A stretch of 64,000 bases of DNA from Mobula hypostoma (GCF_963921235.1 NC_086097.1:217126001-217190000); one strand, 5' to 3'; shown: positions 1-12,412, numbered from the stretch's first letter. The notes: a model not told the origin generated them from the letters alone. Made by a program: numbers and translations.

Positions 1-1845
1 GACAGTTTTCCAAATAGCTCCATTGCGGACTAATGAGCTCCCTAAAGCAGTCCTTAGGGCTATAGGGAGAAAGGAGTAGTGAAAGATCGATGCCTACTGG
101 CTCTTTGCTAAGTTCTGTATTCCCATTTATAGAAACAAACTGGATTTAATCAGCATTTGCACAATCATCAGATTTTGTGGCAGGTTGGGGGAGCACCCCA
201 TGGGGACAGGGGAATGAGAGGGGTGAGGAGCCTCTATCTCAGATCTCTCCTCTTTGGCCAATTTAAATGTATTTATATATTTTCTTCTTTAATAATTATT
301 GACTTATTCCTGAGATTTTATTTAGTAAGTTGATCAATTAATTGGATTTTTACTCAATTTCTGGATTTTTCATTCAATCGAGATTGAAGTTTCATATGAA
401 TTCTTAATGGAAATTGGGCGTGGGGAAGTTGGGATACTAACCTGGAGAACATTTAGAATTATTATGTGTTAAAATAACAAGGGCATGAGTGAGTAAATTA
501 GCAGCAGGTAGGTAGAAGCAGGAGTGAGTGGAGACTTGATCACGTTACAGTGATATATGAAAGTAGATCAAATGATGATTAGTTCAGCTCTGAGTGAGAT
601 TATCACTTCATGAAGACTTAACTGAGTAAATAATCTTTCAGATTTAAGTAAATAATATTCTATATTTAAATTTCTGACTGAATAGAATAAAAATATATAG
701 ATAATTACACAATAGCTGAGAATACAAAATATTTTTCCACAGAAATAATTAATAATTATTTAATTTAAATAAGTCAATAGCCAAAGGAAGAAAATAATCT
801 GTTATATTTCAGGAAAATAAGATAACTGGAATAAAGATAGTCTGGAGTAAACAAATTGCTGAAATACTCAAAGGATTCAACTGCCTGAATAATTAATTCC
901 TCAGCCAGTTATTGGTTTCTATCAAGTTGTTACACCTAAGGTTAATTTATTATAGTCATATCATTCCTGTCTGAAAGTCCCTCCCTCAAAGGCCTTTTGC
1001 TGAGGAAACACCACTCAGAAATCGGGGAAACAGAAAGGTTCGGGAAGGAAAAATTACTGCTAAATATTTTTAGGCAGAGCAAGCTCAGTTTCAAAGAAAT
1101 GAATGACTAATCGGTAATGTGAAGTTTACATACATCAATATTGATTATTTCATGAAGTTTTAACTGAGTAACTAATTGATTTAACTGAGTAAATAATATT
1201 GACTACTTCATGAATGAGTAAGTAATAAACGAATATTGAAAACCCTTCATTCTTGCTTCAAAAGGAGCCATCTTGATTTTAGTGCTGATCCTCACTAACA
1301 CACTGGAGAATATTTTTGTCTTTAACTGGATAATAACTGATCAAAGCTCGTTATCCATTATAAAACCCAAAAATGCTGAAAACACTCAGGCAGTCAGGCA
1401 ACATTTGTGAAAGAGCAGAACTTCAGGGCTAAAACCCTTCATCAGAATTGAAGAAGAGAGAAAACAAGATGGTTTCTGCTTAGAGAATATAGGGAAGGGA
1501 TGTGCAGAACACAGGGAATATCTCTGATATGGTGAGACCAAATGAATTAGGATGGTAGTTAGGGGAATTTTCTATTTCTTTGTCTGTACTTGTGTGTTGC
1601 TGTTGGGCATATTCAGCTAAAGTTACAGAGAGAGAAAAACTGAGCCAAAATCACAGATGGACTACAGATAGAAATAATCAGTTCTAAACCGGCATACGGC
1701 AAGACCAATTTACCCAGTGTTGGAGTATTCAACACTGAGTCTACAGTCTGTAAAATTTCCAGATGGAGACAGGGTGTTTTTCTTCAAGCTTAGATTGGTC
1801 CTTGTTATAAGGCCGCAGGGAGACAGATCGGAGATAAGACAATAG

Positions 1846-2768
1846 ACAATAGACAATAGCTACAGGAATAGGCCATTCAGCCCTTCGAGCCAGCACCACC
1901 ATTCACTGTGATCATGGCTGATCATCCAAAATCAGTACCCTTTTCCTGCCTTCTCCCCATATCCCTTCACTCCGCTATCTTTAACAGCTCTATCTAACTC
2001 TTTCTTGAAAGAATCCAGAGAATTGGCCTCCACTGCCTTCTGAGGCAGAGCATTCCACAGAACCACAACCCTCTGTGTGAAAAAGTTTTTCCTCAACTCC
2101 ATTCTAAATTGTCTACCCCTTATTCTTAAACTGTGGCCTCTGGTTCTGGACTCCCCCAACATCCGGAACATGTTTCCTGCCTCTAGCGTGTCCAATCCCT
2201 TAATAGTCTTATATGTTTCAATCAGATCCCCTCTCAACCTTCTAAATTCCAGTGTATACAACCCCAGTCACTCTTTCAACATATGACAGTCCCGCCATCC
2301 CGGGAATTAACCTTGTGAACCTACGCTGCACTTCCTCAATAGCAAGAATATTCTTCCTCAAATTTGGAGACCAAAACTGTACACAATACTCCATGTGTGG
2401 TCTCACCAGGGCCCTGTACAACTGCAGAAGGACCTCTTTGCTCCTATACTCAACTCCCCTTGTTATGAAGGCCAACATGCCATTAGCTTTCTTCACTGCC
2501 TGCTGTACCTGCATGCTTACTTTCAGTGACTGATGAACAAGGACACCTAGATCTCATTGTACTTCCCCTTTTCCTAATTTGACACCATTCAGTTAGTAAT
2601 CTGCTTTCCTGTTCTTGCCACCAAAGTGGATAACCTCACATTTATCCACATTAAACTGCATCTACCATGCATCTGCCCACTCACCCAACCTGTCCAAGTC
2701 ACCCTATATTCTCATAACATCCTTCTCACATTTCACACTGCCTCCCAGCTTTGTGTCATCTGCAAATA
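1846..2768 (-). mobile_element. CR1 LINE, 3' fragment (RT C-terminus + 3'UTR)
   Basis: Minus ORFs QVQQAVKKANGMLAFI..LVRPHMEYCVQFWSP and EFRRLRGDLIETYK..NFFTQRVV are typical CR1 ORF2. Tail is (gacaata)n at ~1846-1860. Confidence 0.95.
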
Positions 2769-2919
2769 ATAGATGGGGAATTCAAGTAGCCGGCAACTGA
2801 AAACGCATGGTCACTCAGTGCAGCTGCTCTTCAAAGCAGTGATCGGTCCTGTGTCTGTAGTTTTTTTCTATTTCCAGCACTTGTATGTTTTATTTTCAAT
2901 TTTTATTTAAGGTTATCCT

Positions 2920-3075
2920 TTGCCAAGTCAAAGAACAAGGTGGCTGGATACCATCAAGGATTGGACCAAGCTGGACAAGATTAAGGATGTTGTGGACAAG
3001 TGTCGGGACAGAGTGGTGTGGAGGGAAATCGTCCGCCAACTGGAAATTCCAGATGCGACCTAATGACGATGACGG
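2920..3075 (+). mobile_element. RTE-clade LINE 3' end remnant
   Basis: Reads RTRWLDTIKDWTKLDKIKDVVDKCRDRVVWREIV..*, followed by a short tgac/gat tail; resembles an RTE/BovB ORF C-terminus. Confidence 0.6.
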
Positions 3076-3728
3076 TTACCCTTTCATCATGGAACTTATC
3101 TGATATCCTTTTAACTCAATGCAATAAAATCAGGGAACTTCCATATAAGACAAATAGTTGGCTCCTGCAGATTACCAGATGGCTAAATTGAGGGAAAAAA
3201 CACCCCTGGATGCTTGAACCTGGTCTGATGCATTAGGGAAGTGATTATTCAATCAAAATGCCCACAAAATGTAACGTATCATTGTGATGACCTCACTATG
3301 TTACCATGGGTTTGATTTAAGCAGTTTCTACCAGATCATGAGATCGCATGTCGTCATTTCTTACAGTTTTGCATATAATAATGGTCCCACAAGCTTCTTC
3401 TTTGTTTAAAACTGTTTGATAAAGCAATTGCCAAATTACACAACAAAATAAATTGGTTTCTGAACTATGTTCTGAACTTGGGTAAAATTCTGGACAGTCT
3501 ATTGAGATATATTTTTTGTGGACTGGTTTTCGGAAGAATTTAAAGTCATTTAAATACATCTGACTAACTTTTGAGAAAGCCTGTCAGAGAGTAGCTTTGA
3601 TGAATTTGGCAATTTCGAATACAAAAGACACCATCCATGCCAAATGGCTCATACTGTAAGTTATTATAATGTTAAAGGGCTGACAGCCGCATTTAATCTG
3701 AACCAGACTGAAAATAGTATGTCTAGAC

Positions 3729-3809
3729 CAGGGGTTCCCAACCTTTTTTATGCCATGGGCCCCTACCATAACCAGAGGGGTCCTTGGACCCCAGGTTCGG
3801 CAACCCATG
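3729..3809. mobile_element. Short hAT/Charlie-like MITE
   Basis: Ends CAGGGGTTCCCAACC...GGTTCGGCAACCCATG with ctagac on both flanks; second copy at ~59415-59492. Confidence 0.7.
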
Positions 3810-4416
3810 CCTAGACAATTACTTATGGGAGATGCAACAACAGTCACTAGGAACAGTGATGTAGATTCTAAACAACCAGATTCCAACATAGTGACAGCTT
3901 GCATGTCACAGAGTAAATTGAAGACTGGGTCAGTTATCATATTGTTCATTACGTGGAGGTGGAGGGGAGTAATGAAACTAGTACATATAGTGGGAAAGCT
4001 GGAAGAGGGCAAAATGAAAAACAGGTGAGCCAAAGGTTTTAATTAACAAGTAGTGCATCGAGGCAAATGTCAATGCTAGAACATTAGAAACAGAAGTAGG
4101 AGTTGAATTGAAGAGGCAAAAGGAGTGCCTTTTCTATCATGCAACAAGATCATAACTGACCTTGTCTCAGTACCACAGACCCGCACTAATCCCACACCCT
4201 TTGATTCCCATAAAACAAAACCTATCAGTCTTTGTCCATTATGAATCAGGATAGTTTTTCACAGATTTTGCACTAGTATACATCTAATTAAAATAATCGT
4301 CCAATTTCAGGTAGGAAACTTCTCCGAACATTGGGACTAGTAGTGCGAGATTTAGAAAGATATATCAGCTAATGATACGACTTGTTAAAGAAGGAAAACT
4401 AGATGGAGTGAAATAG

Positions 4417-4659
4417 CAAACAACAGGAATTCTGCAGATGCTGGAAATTCAAGCAACACACATCAAATTTGCTGGTGAACGCAGCAGACCAGGCAGCATC
4501 TCTAGGAAGAGGTGTAGTCGACGTTTCAGGCCGAAACCCTTACTAACTCTTCCTTCAGTTAATCCTGACGAAGGGTCTCGGCCTGAAACGTCGACTGTAC
4601 CTCTTCCTAGAGATGCTGCCTGGCCTGCTGCGTTCACCAGCAACTTTGATGTGTGTTGC
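4417..4659. mobile_element. Penelope-like terminal fragment with internal inversion, inserted at the start of a Rex-like LINE piece
   Basis: Matches the terminus of the Penelope at 28897. The two halves are reverse complements. 13-bp TSD TGGAGTGAAATAG at 4404-4416 and 4660-4672. Confidence 0.85.
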
Positions 4660-5420
4660 TGGAGTGAAATAGATCGGCTGGTAGGGTGGTGTAGCAACAA
4701 CAACCTCGCACATAACGTCAGTGAGACCAAGGAATTCATTGTGGGCTTCAGGAAGGCAAAGTCAAGGGAACTCACACCAGTCCTCATCAAGGAGCAGTCG
4801 TGGGAAGGGTGAGCAGTTTGAAATTCCTGGGTGGCAACGTCTCTAAAGATCGATTTTGGGTCATCATATTGATGCATTGCAAAGGCAGCTCAGCAGTGGC
4901 TATACTTCACTAGGAGTTTGAGGAGATTCGAGCAAATTTCTGCAGATGTACCACAGACAGCATCCTAAATGGTAGTATCATCATCTAGTGTGGGGGTGGG
5001 GGGCACCACACAGGATTATTAAAAAGCTGCAAAAAGTTGTAAGTTCAGTCAGCTCCATCATGGGCAAGGAGCGGTGCCTCAGAAAGGTGGCGTCCATCAT
5101 TAAGAACCTCCATCACCCAGGACATGCCCTCTCCTTATTGCTACCATCAGGGAGGGGGCACAGGAGCCTGAAGACACACACTCAACATGTTTGGAACAGG
5201 TTCTTCCCCTCTGCCATCAGGTTTCTGAACAGACAATGAACCACCCCATGAGCACCACCTCACTATTTTTCATTTGGGTCTCCTTTTGCATTAATTATTT
5301 AATTGATTTTTAGACACACACTTTTTATTGTAATTATAGCTTTTTATTTATCGTACTATACTGCTGCCACAAAACAACACATTTCACGCCACATGCCAGC
5401 AATATTAAACCTGATTCTAA
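4660..5420 (+). mobile_element. Rex/Babar (L2-related) LINE, degraded 3' part
   Basis: WCSNNNLAHNVSETKEFIVGFRK and HPGHAL..LLPSGRGHRSLKTHT..FFPSAIRFLN motifs; aataaacctgattc-like tail. Confidence 0.85.
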
Positions 5421-5479
5421 CACAATAGACCGATCGATAAGATCTGGACACAAGATAAATTAGGGAAATGTATTCAGTT

Positions 5480-6060
5480 CAGGAATGACAAGCAGCCTCC
5501 TGAAGGAGTATGATGTCAAACATTATCAGCATATTTGCATTAAACCAGGAGTGACTTCCATTTATTGCAAACCTCAACTGTCTCTTTCTGCATTGAACAT
5601 TCAGGTAGAACAGGAGTGGTATTACCTGGAGAAGTATAGGCCTTTGGTAAGGATATATAGTTCACAATGACTCAGAAATGCAAAGTGTGGTGTTTCCAAA
5701 ATCAAATAAAATTTCAGGCTATGGTAAGATGAAGCTCAGTCAAGCAGTAAGTGATGAGCAATATTACTGCCAACAGCAAAAGCATTTTATGTAAAACTAG
5801 CCAGAGGAAAAGTATTTACAAAATTAGTTTCCTTCATGCACATGTGCATCGAAATGTTAGTCATGTTGACCAACAAAATTTAACCATTAATAAGACTCTA
5901 TTCCTACTACAAACTCTAATTTGGTGTAAATCTTCCCGTAACCTCTTCCAAGCCACCACAGACACAACTTTAAAAGGAATAAGTCACTGGTTCTGTAAGC
6001 AGGATTGTGCTCTGACCATAAATGCACAAAAGTACATGTTCAGATTCCAGGCAAGGTATG
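5480..6060 (+). pseudogene. Highly degraded Gypsy/Ty3 pol (RT) remnant
   Basis: Colinear remnants IKPGVTSIYCKP..VEQE..LEK, LARGKVFTKL and LTINK..LFQATTDTTLKGI resemble the Gypsy RT sequence (PKFCKPR..VEQELDRLE; GGKVFSKLDL; LTINT..FQRTMD.IL.GI). Confidence 0.6.
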
Positions 6061-6084
6061 AAGCAATTACTCAGACATAATATG

Positions 6085-7005
6085 AATCAGAATCAGGTTT
6101 ATTATCAATGTCGTATCTGATATAATCTTTGTTGTTTTTTGCGACAGCAGTTCGGTGCAAAGACAGAAAATTATTATAAAATACAAAATAAATGAACAGT
6201 GCAAAAGGAAGGAAATAATGAGGTGGTGTTCAAGAGTTTGCGGAGCCTCCAGAAACATGATGATGGAGGGGTGGAAGCCACTTCTGAATCGTTGAATATG
6301 GGCCTTTAGGCTTCTGTACCTTCTTTTCCTTGGTAACACAGAAAGAGAGCATGTCACAGGGGTCCTCGTGATGCTGTCTTCTAACGGCCACAGCCTTGTA
6401 AAGGTGCCTTCGATGATGGAAGGGCTGTGCCCGTGATAGATCTGACTGAATCTACAATCCTCTGCTGCTACCTGCAATTGTGAAACAAGCTGTCAGAATG
6501 CTCTCCATACTACGCACATTCATAGAAATCTGTAACAGCCTTTGGTAACGTATCAAATCTCCTCAAACTACAAATGATTAGATCCACTGGTGTGCCTTCT
6601 ACATGATTGCATCATGTGTTAGGCCCAGGACAGATCCCCTGAGATGTTGACACTCATGAACTTAAAGCTGCTCGCTTTTCCACCATTGACCCCTCAATGA
6701 GGACAGGTACATGTTCTCCAGCCTACCCTTCCTGAAGTCTACAATCAACTCTTTGGACTTGTTGACGATGAGAGTAAAGTTTTTGTTGTGATACAACTCA
6801 GCCAACCAGTCTACCTCACTTGAGCTGTGCTTAGCCAGTCAGTCATGAGAGTAGAGAGAGTGGAGCATTGGGCTAAATACATACCGTTGAAGTGATTGTT
6901 CATGAGGAGATGTTATTACTGATTCCTACTGATTGTGGTCTCCAATGAGGAAGTCAATAATCCAGTTGCAGCAGGGACTATGAAGGCCCAGGTTTTCAAG
7001 ATTGG
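6085..7005 (-). mobile_element. Rex/Babar-like LINE fragment
   Basis: Minus-strand RRYRSLKAHIQRFRSGFHPSII; tail aataaacctgattctgattc at ~6085-6105 (minus). Confidence 0.85.
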
Positions 7006-7029
7006 TAATCCCCTCAAAAGACCTGGATC

Positions 7030-8155
7030 TCATTTCCCCCTTGTGCAATTGAACCCTGGATTTCCTGACTTGTAGACCCCAGTCAGTTCAGATTTGCAAA
7101 AATATCTCCTCCACAGTCTCAATCAGCACAGGTGCACCACAGGGCTGTGTGCTTAGCCCCCTGCTCTACTCCCTTTACACCTATGACCGTGTGGCCAAGC
7201 AAAGCTCCAACACCATGTTCAAATTTGCTGATGACACTACTGTTGTGGGCTGTATCAAAAGAGGTGATGAATCAGAATACAGAAAGGAGATTGAAAATTT
7301 GGCAGAGTGGTGTCATAACAACAACGTGTCACTCAATGTCAGCAAGACCAAGGGACTTTAGGAAAGAGAAACCAGAGATCCATAAGCTAGTCCTCATTGG
7401 AAGATCAGAGATGGAGAGAATCAGTAAGTTTAAATTCCTGGGTGTCACTATCTCATAGGACCTGTCCTGGCCCCATCATATAAACGTAATGGCAAAGAAA
7501 GCACAAAGGTGCCTCTACTTCCTCAGGAGTCTGCGGAGATTCGGCATGTCATCAAAAACCTTGACAAACTTATATAGATGTGTGGTGGAAAGTGTGCTGC
7601 ATTGCAGCCTGGTATGGGAACACCAATGCCTTTGAGTGAGAAGTCCTACAAAAGGTGGTGGATTCAGTTCAGTGCATCACAGGTAAAAACTTCTCAACCA
7701 TTGAGCACATCTACATGAAACATTGCCGTAGAAAAGCTGCATCTATCGTCAAAGATCCTCACCATCCAGGCCATGCTCGTTTCTCACTGCTGCCATCAGA
7801 TAAAAGGTACAGGTGCCTCAGGACTCACACCACCAGGTTCAAGAACAGTTACTACCCCTCAAACATCAGGCTCTTGAACAAAAGAGGATAACTACACTTA
7901 TCTATTGAGAAGGTCCCACAACCAGTGATCTCACTTTAAGGACTTTTTATCTTGTTACTTATTGCTATTTGTTTATATTTGCATTTGCACAAATTGTTGT
8001 CTTCTATGTTATTGCTCTTTCATTGATCCTGTTTACAGTTACTATTCTATAGATTTGCTGAGTATGCCTGCAGGAAAAAAAAACCTCAGGGTTGTGTGTG
8101 GTGACGTGTATATACTCTGATAATAAAGTTTACTTTGAACTATGAGCTTTTGAGC
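7030..8155 (+). mobile_element. Rex/Babar-like LINE, RT C-terminal half + 3'UTR
   Basis: GAPQGCVLSPLLYSLYTYD..KFADDTTVVG..WCHNNNVSLNVSKTK; HPGHARFSLLPS..YRCLRTHTTRFKNSYYP; aataaa + (tttgaac)-like tail. Confidence 0.92.
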
Positions 8156-9355
8156 GTTAATGTTGAGGGGATGATGGAACTGAATGCCAAAATGTAATGA
8201 AAGAGAAAGAAGTAAATTTCCACAAAACATGAAGAGGATTATCTTATGAGTGGATGCACTTGGTTTGCGCCCTGTGAAAGAAAAGGATCTGACAGCTTTG
8301 AAATGAAGGAATTCAGCTGGACTGAGTTCATTTTCAGTAATAGTATGTCCTGTACCTCTTTATCCAGGTTTGATAACAAGGTGCTTGACGTTTCAGAATT
8401 TCTTTGTGTCCTGTGGATAAAAGGCCAAGAGCAAGAACGTTCTCACAGCTTTTGTATGACACAGTTAGTAGTAAAGATCTCCTAGTCCGTCATGACACCT
8501 CCGATAGCTAAGGGTTACTGTGTGGTGCATCAAGATATGACTTTGTGATAGTTATGGAGGACCACCAAAAAAAACATTATTCTTCCATCCTGCACTTTGG
8601 TGGAAATTAAACAAGAATGTCCCTGAATAGAAATTCAGACTCTTGGGATTATGTCAAAAGGTTCTTATCAGTACCTTCTTGGAAGACCATTCTCATAGCT
8701 AACAGGTGGCATTCAGTAATGGCAATTTTGAGCTCAAAATTATGTGCTCTAACATTGGCAGTATTGTAAAAGCAGCAATGGGCAGTTACTCTCGTTTAGT
8801 ATGACTATAAGTTAGAAAGCAAGAAATCAAAGCAATATGCGTCATCTAAACTATGCTATGAGTGTTCTGAGAAAAGATATAAAGTACAATTTAAACTCTA
8901 ACTCAAGAGAGTGATAACTTCTAGTGATCACTTCAAAATCTGCTGATTAAGTATGGGCTTCCAAGATGGATTTAGCTGAAAGATTGGACAGGTGAAGAAC
9001 TAATACTATTTTATTTCCAACAAAATGAGTTGTCAATTTTCCATGCCATTGGCTCTAACCTGTTATCTCCTGCAGGACTGTGAGAATCAAAATATATTAA
9101 GATGGTCACAATTATCACATTACTTCTTGATAAAATTGTCACCAGCCTAACTGTCCTTTTGCCTTGGTGTATTGGACAGAGAATTAAATGTTTAGCTTTT
9201 GATTATTGTTTGGTATGCAGGACTTTTTTTGCCCAAAACGGCACTTTGTTCTGCACCACGTCGTCCATTAACACACTTGTTTTCTCGTCAAACTTTCTTC
9301 TTCCTCCTTTCATCTTATAGAACATAGAATAGTATAGCACAGTACAGGCCTCCCT

Positions 9356-10728
9356 CCCTGTGGAGTGGGTAGTCTGTACAGGGTTTCCCTGTGGAGTGGG
9401 TAGTCAGTACAGAGTTTCCCTGTAGAGTGGGTAGTCAGTACAGAGTTTCCCTGTGGAGTGGGTAGTCAGTACAGAGTTTCCCTGTGGAGTGGGTAGTCAG
9501 TACAGAGTTTCCCTGTAGAGTGGGTAGTCAGTACAGAATTTCCCTGTGGATTGGGTAGTCAGTACAGAGTTTCCCTGTGGAGTGGGTAGTCAGTACAGAG
9601 TTTCCCTGTGGAGTGGGTAGTCCGTATAGGGGGTAGTCAATACAGAGTTTCCCTGTGGAGTGGGTAGTCAGTACAGAGTTTCCCTGTAGAGTGGGTAGTC
9701 AGTACAGAGTTTCCCTGTGGAGTGGGTAGTCAGTACAGAGTTTCCCTGTAGAGTGGGTAGTCAGTACAGAGTTTCCCTGTGGATTGGGTAGTCAGTACAG
9801 AGTTTCCCTGTGGAGTGGGTAGTCAGTACAGAGTTTCCCTGTGGAGTGGGTAGTCCGTATAGGGGGTAGTCAATACAGAGTTTCCCTGTGGAGTGGGTAG
9901 TCAGTACAGAGTTTCCCTGTAGAGTGGGTAGTCAGTACAGAGTTTCCCTGTGGAGTGGGTAGTCAGTACAGAGTTTCCCTGTGGAGTGGGTAGTCCGTAC
10001 AGGGTTTCCCTGTGGAGTGGGTAGTCTGTACAGGGTTTCCCTGTGGAGTGGGTAGTCAGTACAGGGTTTCCCTGTGGAGTGGGTAGTCAGTACAGAGTTT
10101 CCCTGTAGAGTGGGTAGTCAGTACAGAGTTTCCCTGTGGAGTGGGTAGTCAGTACAGAGTTTCCCTGTGGAGTGGGTAGTCCGTACAGGGTTTCCCTGTG
10201 GAGTGGGTAGTCTGTACAGGGTTTCCCTGTGGAGTGGGTAGTCAGTACAGGGTTTCCCTGTGGAGTGGGTAGTCAGTACAGAGTTTCCCTGTGGAGTGGG
10301 TAGTCAGTACAGGGTTTCCCTGTGGAGTGGGTAGTCAGTACAGGGTTTCCCTGTGGAGTGGGTAGTCCGTACAGGGTTTCCCTGTGGAGTGGGTAGTCAG
10401 TACAGGGTTTCCCTGTGGAGTGGGTAGTCAGTACAGGGTTTCCCTGTGGAGTGGGTAGTCCATACAGGGTTTCCCTGTGGAGTGGGTAGTCCGTACAGTG
10501 TTTCCCTGTGAAGTGGGTAGTCAGTACAGGGTTTCCCTGTGGAGTGGGTAGTCAATACAGAGTTTCCCCGTGGAGTGGGTAGTCCGTACAGGGTTTCCCT
10601 GTGGAGTGGGTAGTCAGTACAGGGTTTCCCTGTGGAGTGGGTAGTCAGTACAGGGTTTCCCTGTGGAGTGGGTAGTCAGTACAGGGTTTCCCTGTGGAGT
10701 GGGTAGTCAGTACAGAGTTTCCTTGTGG
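9356..10728. repeat. 31-bp minisatellite, ~44 copies
   Basis: Unit GTGGAGTGGGTAGTCAGTACAG(A/G)GTTTCCCT, head-to-tail, no spacers. Confidence 0.97.
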
Positions 10729-11965
10729 CAATTCACTCACTAACAAGAAAACTCTCTGGATACTCTTGAGGAGGATGTTCGTTCAGGGACTAGCAGCAGG
10801 AATCAAGTCTCTGGCACTGTAACCAGCTCTGAGAATCAGGGGGAAAGAGTACAGTCAGACAGGGTGATACTGACTGTAGACTCAGAGGGGAAGAGTACAG
10901 TCAGACAGGGTGATACTGACTGTAGACTCAGAGGGGAAGAGTACAGTCAGACAGGGTGATACTGACTGTAGACTCAGAGGGGAAGAGTACAGTCAGACAG
11001 GGTGATACTGACTGTAGACTCAGAGGGGAAGAGTACAGTCAGACAGGGTGATACTGACTGTGGACTCAGAGGGGAAGAGTACAGTCAGACAGGGTGATAC
11101 TGACTGTAGACTCAGAGGGGAAGAGTACTGTCAGACAGGGTGATACTGATTGTAGACTCAATAGTGAGATGGGTAGACTCAATAGTGAGATGGGCAGACT
11201 GTGGCTGCAGAAGAGAAACCCGGATGTGCGTTGCCTCCTGGTTGCCAGATTCAAGAATATCTTGGAGCAGTTGCAAAAAATTCTCTCGTGGGAGAACCAG
11301 AGGCCAGTGTATGTTAATAAAAAAGACATTGACAGTACAAAGAATGAGGTCCTGCAGAATGAATATAATGGTTCAAGTAAGAAATCAGAATGCAAGACCT
11401 TAAGGATGGTGATGTCTGGATTATTCCTGATGTCACATGCGAGTGAGCCCAGGAATAGAGAGACAGGCCAGATGAAAATGTGGCTGAGGATCTGGTGCAG
11501 GGGCTGAGATTCAGGTTCTTCGATCTTTGGGATCTCTTCTGGGGCAGAGATGATATGGACAAGAAAACAGGTTGCACTTTAACCAGAGAGGAATCAATAA
11601 CCAGACAGAAAATCTACTTTTGTCCCCAGGGAGCTTTAATCTAGATTGACAGAGAGGAGGGACTCACGAGAGCAAAGTTAGTTAGAAGACAGGATATGTG
11701 ATGCAACCATTCTGTAAACCTTCGGTCTTACAGAATAGATAACCATGGTTACAGTCAAAAGGATGGATGGAACCACTGTTTTAAATTGGTACTTACTTCA
11801 ACGCATGTAGCTTAACAGATAAGGTGGAAAACTAAAGATATGGATTGCCTCTAGGGACTGGGATATTTTGGCCATAACAGAATTGTGGCTGAGAGAAGAG
11901 GTAGGATTGGCAGCTCAGTGTTCTGGGATAGCAATGCTTTAGGCATGACAGGAGACAGGTAGTGG
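10729..11965 (+). mobile_element. Degraded CR1 ORF1 (SGNH-esterase type) and start of ORF2 endonuclease
   Basis: DSIVRWADCGCRRETRMCVA.LP, MVMSGLFL..ASEPRNRE..MKMWLRIWCR, then YFNACSL and WDILAITELWL match CR1 ORF1 and the APE start. Confidence 0.7.
10847..11160. repeat. 46-bp tandem repeat, ~7 copies, each with an internal hairpin
   Basis: Unit GAGTACAGTCAGACAGGGTGATACTGACTGTAGACTCAGAGGGGAA; starts at 10847, 10893, 10939, etc. Confidence 0.95.
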
Positions 11966-12109
11966 TGTACAGGGCCTGCCGAATGGTGTCGGCCCGAAAC
12001 GTCAACTGTACTCTTCCTGGCCTGCTGAGTTCCTCCAGCATTTTGTGTGTGTTTCCAGCATCTGCAGATCTTAGAAACTAGAGAGGGTTCACAAACCCAG
12101 AACACTGAG

Positions 12110-12412
12110 TCTAGGACAAGAGGGCACGACTTCAGGATTGAAGGGCATCCTCTTAGAACTGAGATGCAGAGAAATTACTATAGTCAGAGGGTAGTAAATC
12201 TGTGGAATTTGTTGCCACGAGTGGCTGTGGAGGCCAAGTCATTGGGTACATTTAAGGCACAGATAGATAGGTTCTTGATTAGCCAGGGCATCAAAGGGTA
12301 TGGGGTGAAGGCAGGGGAGTGGGGATGACTGGAAGAATTGGATCACCCATGATTGAATGGCAGAGCAGACTCGATGGGCCAAATGGCCTTCTTCTGCTCC
12401 TATATCATATGA
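12110..12412 (+). mobile_element. CR1 3' end
   Basis: SRTRGHDFRIEGHPLRTEMQRNYYSQRVVNLWNLLP..GIKGYG + 3'UTR gggccaaatggccttcttctgctcc. Confidence 0.9.

Noticed and set aside
240..1230. AT-rich region with recurring TAACTGAGTAAATAAT and weak inverted similarity
   Set aside because: Too degenerate to define boundaries or a family; probably an old repeat.
4449..4877. ORFs containing LVNAAGQAASLGRG..DPSSG (also at 28951 and 30853)
   Set aside because: These are spurious frames through the non-coding Penelope terminal repeat.
9356..11160. CRISPR-like array (31-bp and hairpin 46-bp repeats)
   Set aside because: Units are head-to-tail with no unique spacers, there are no cas genes, and the context is a vertebrate genome.
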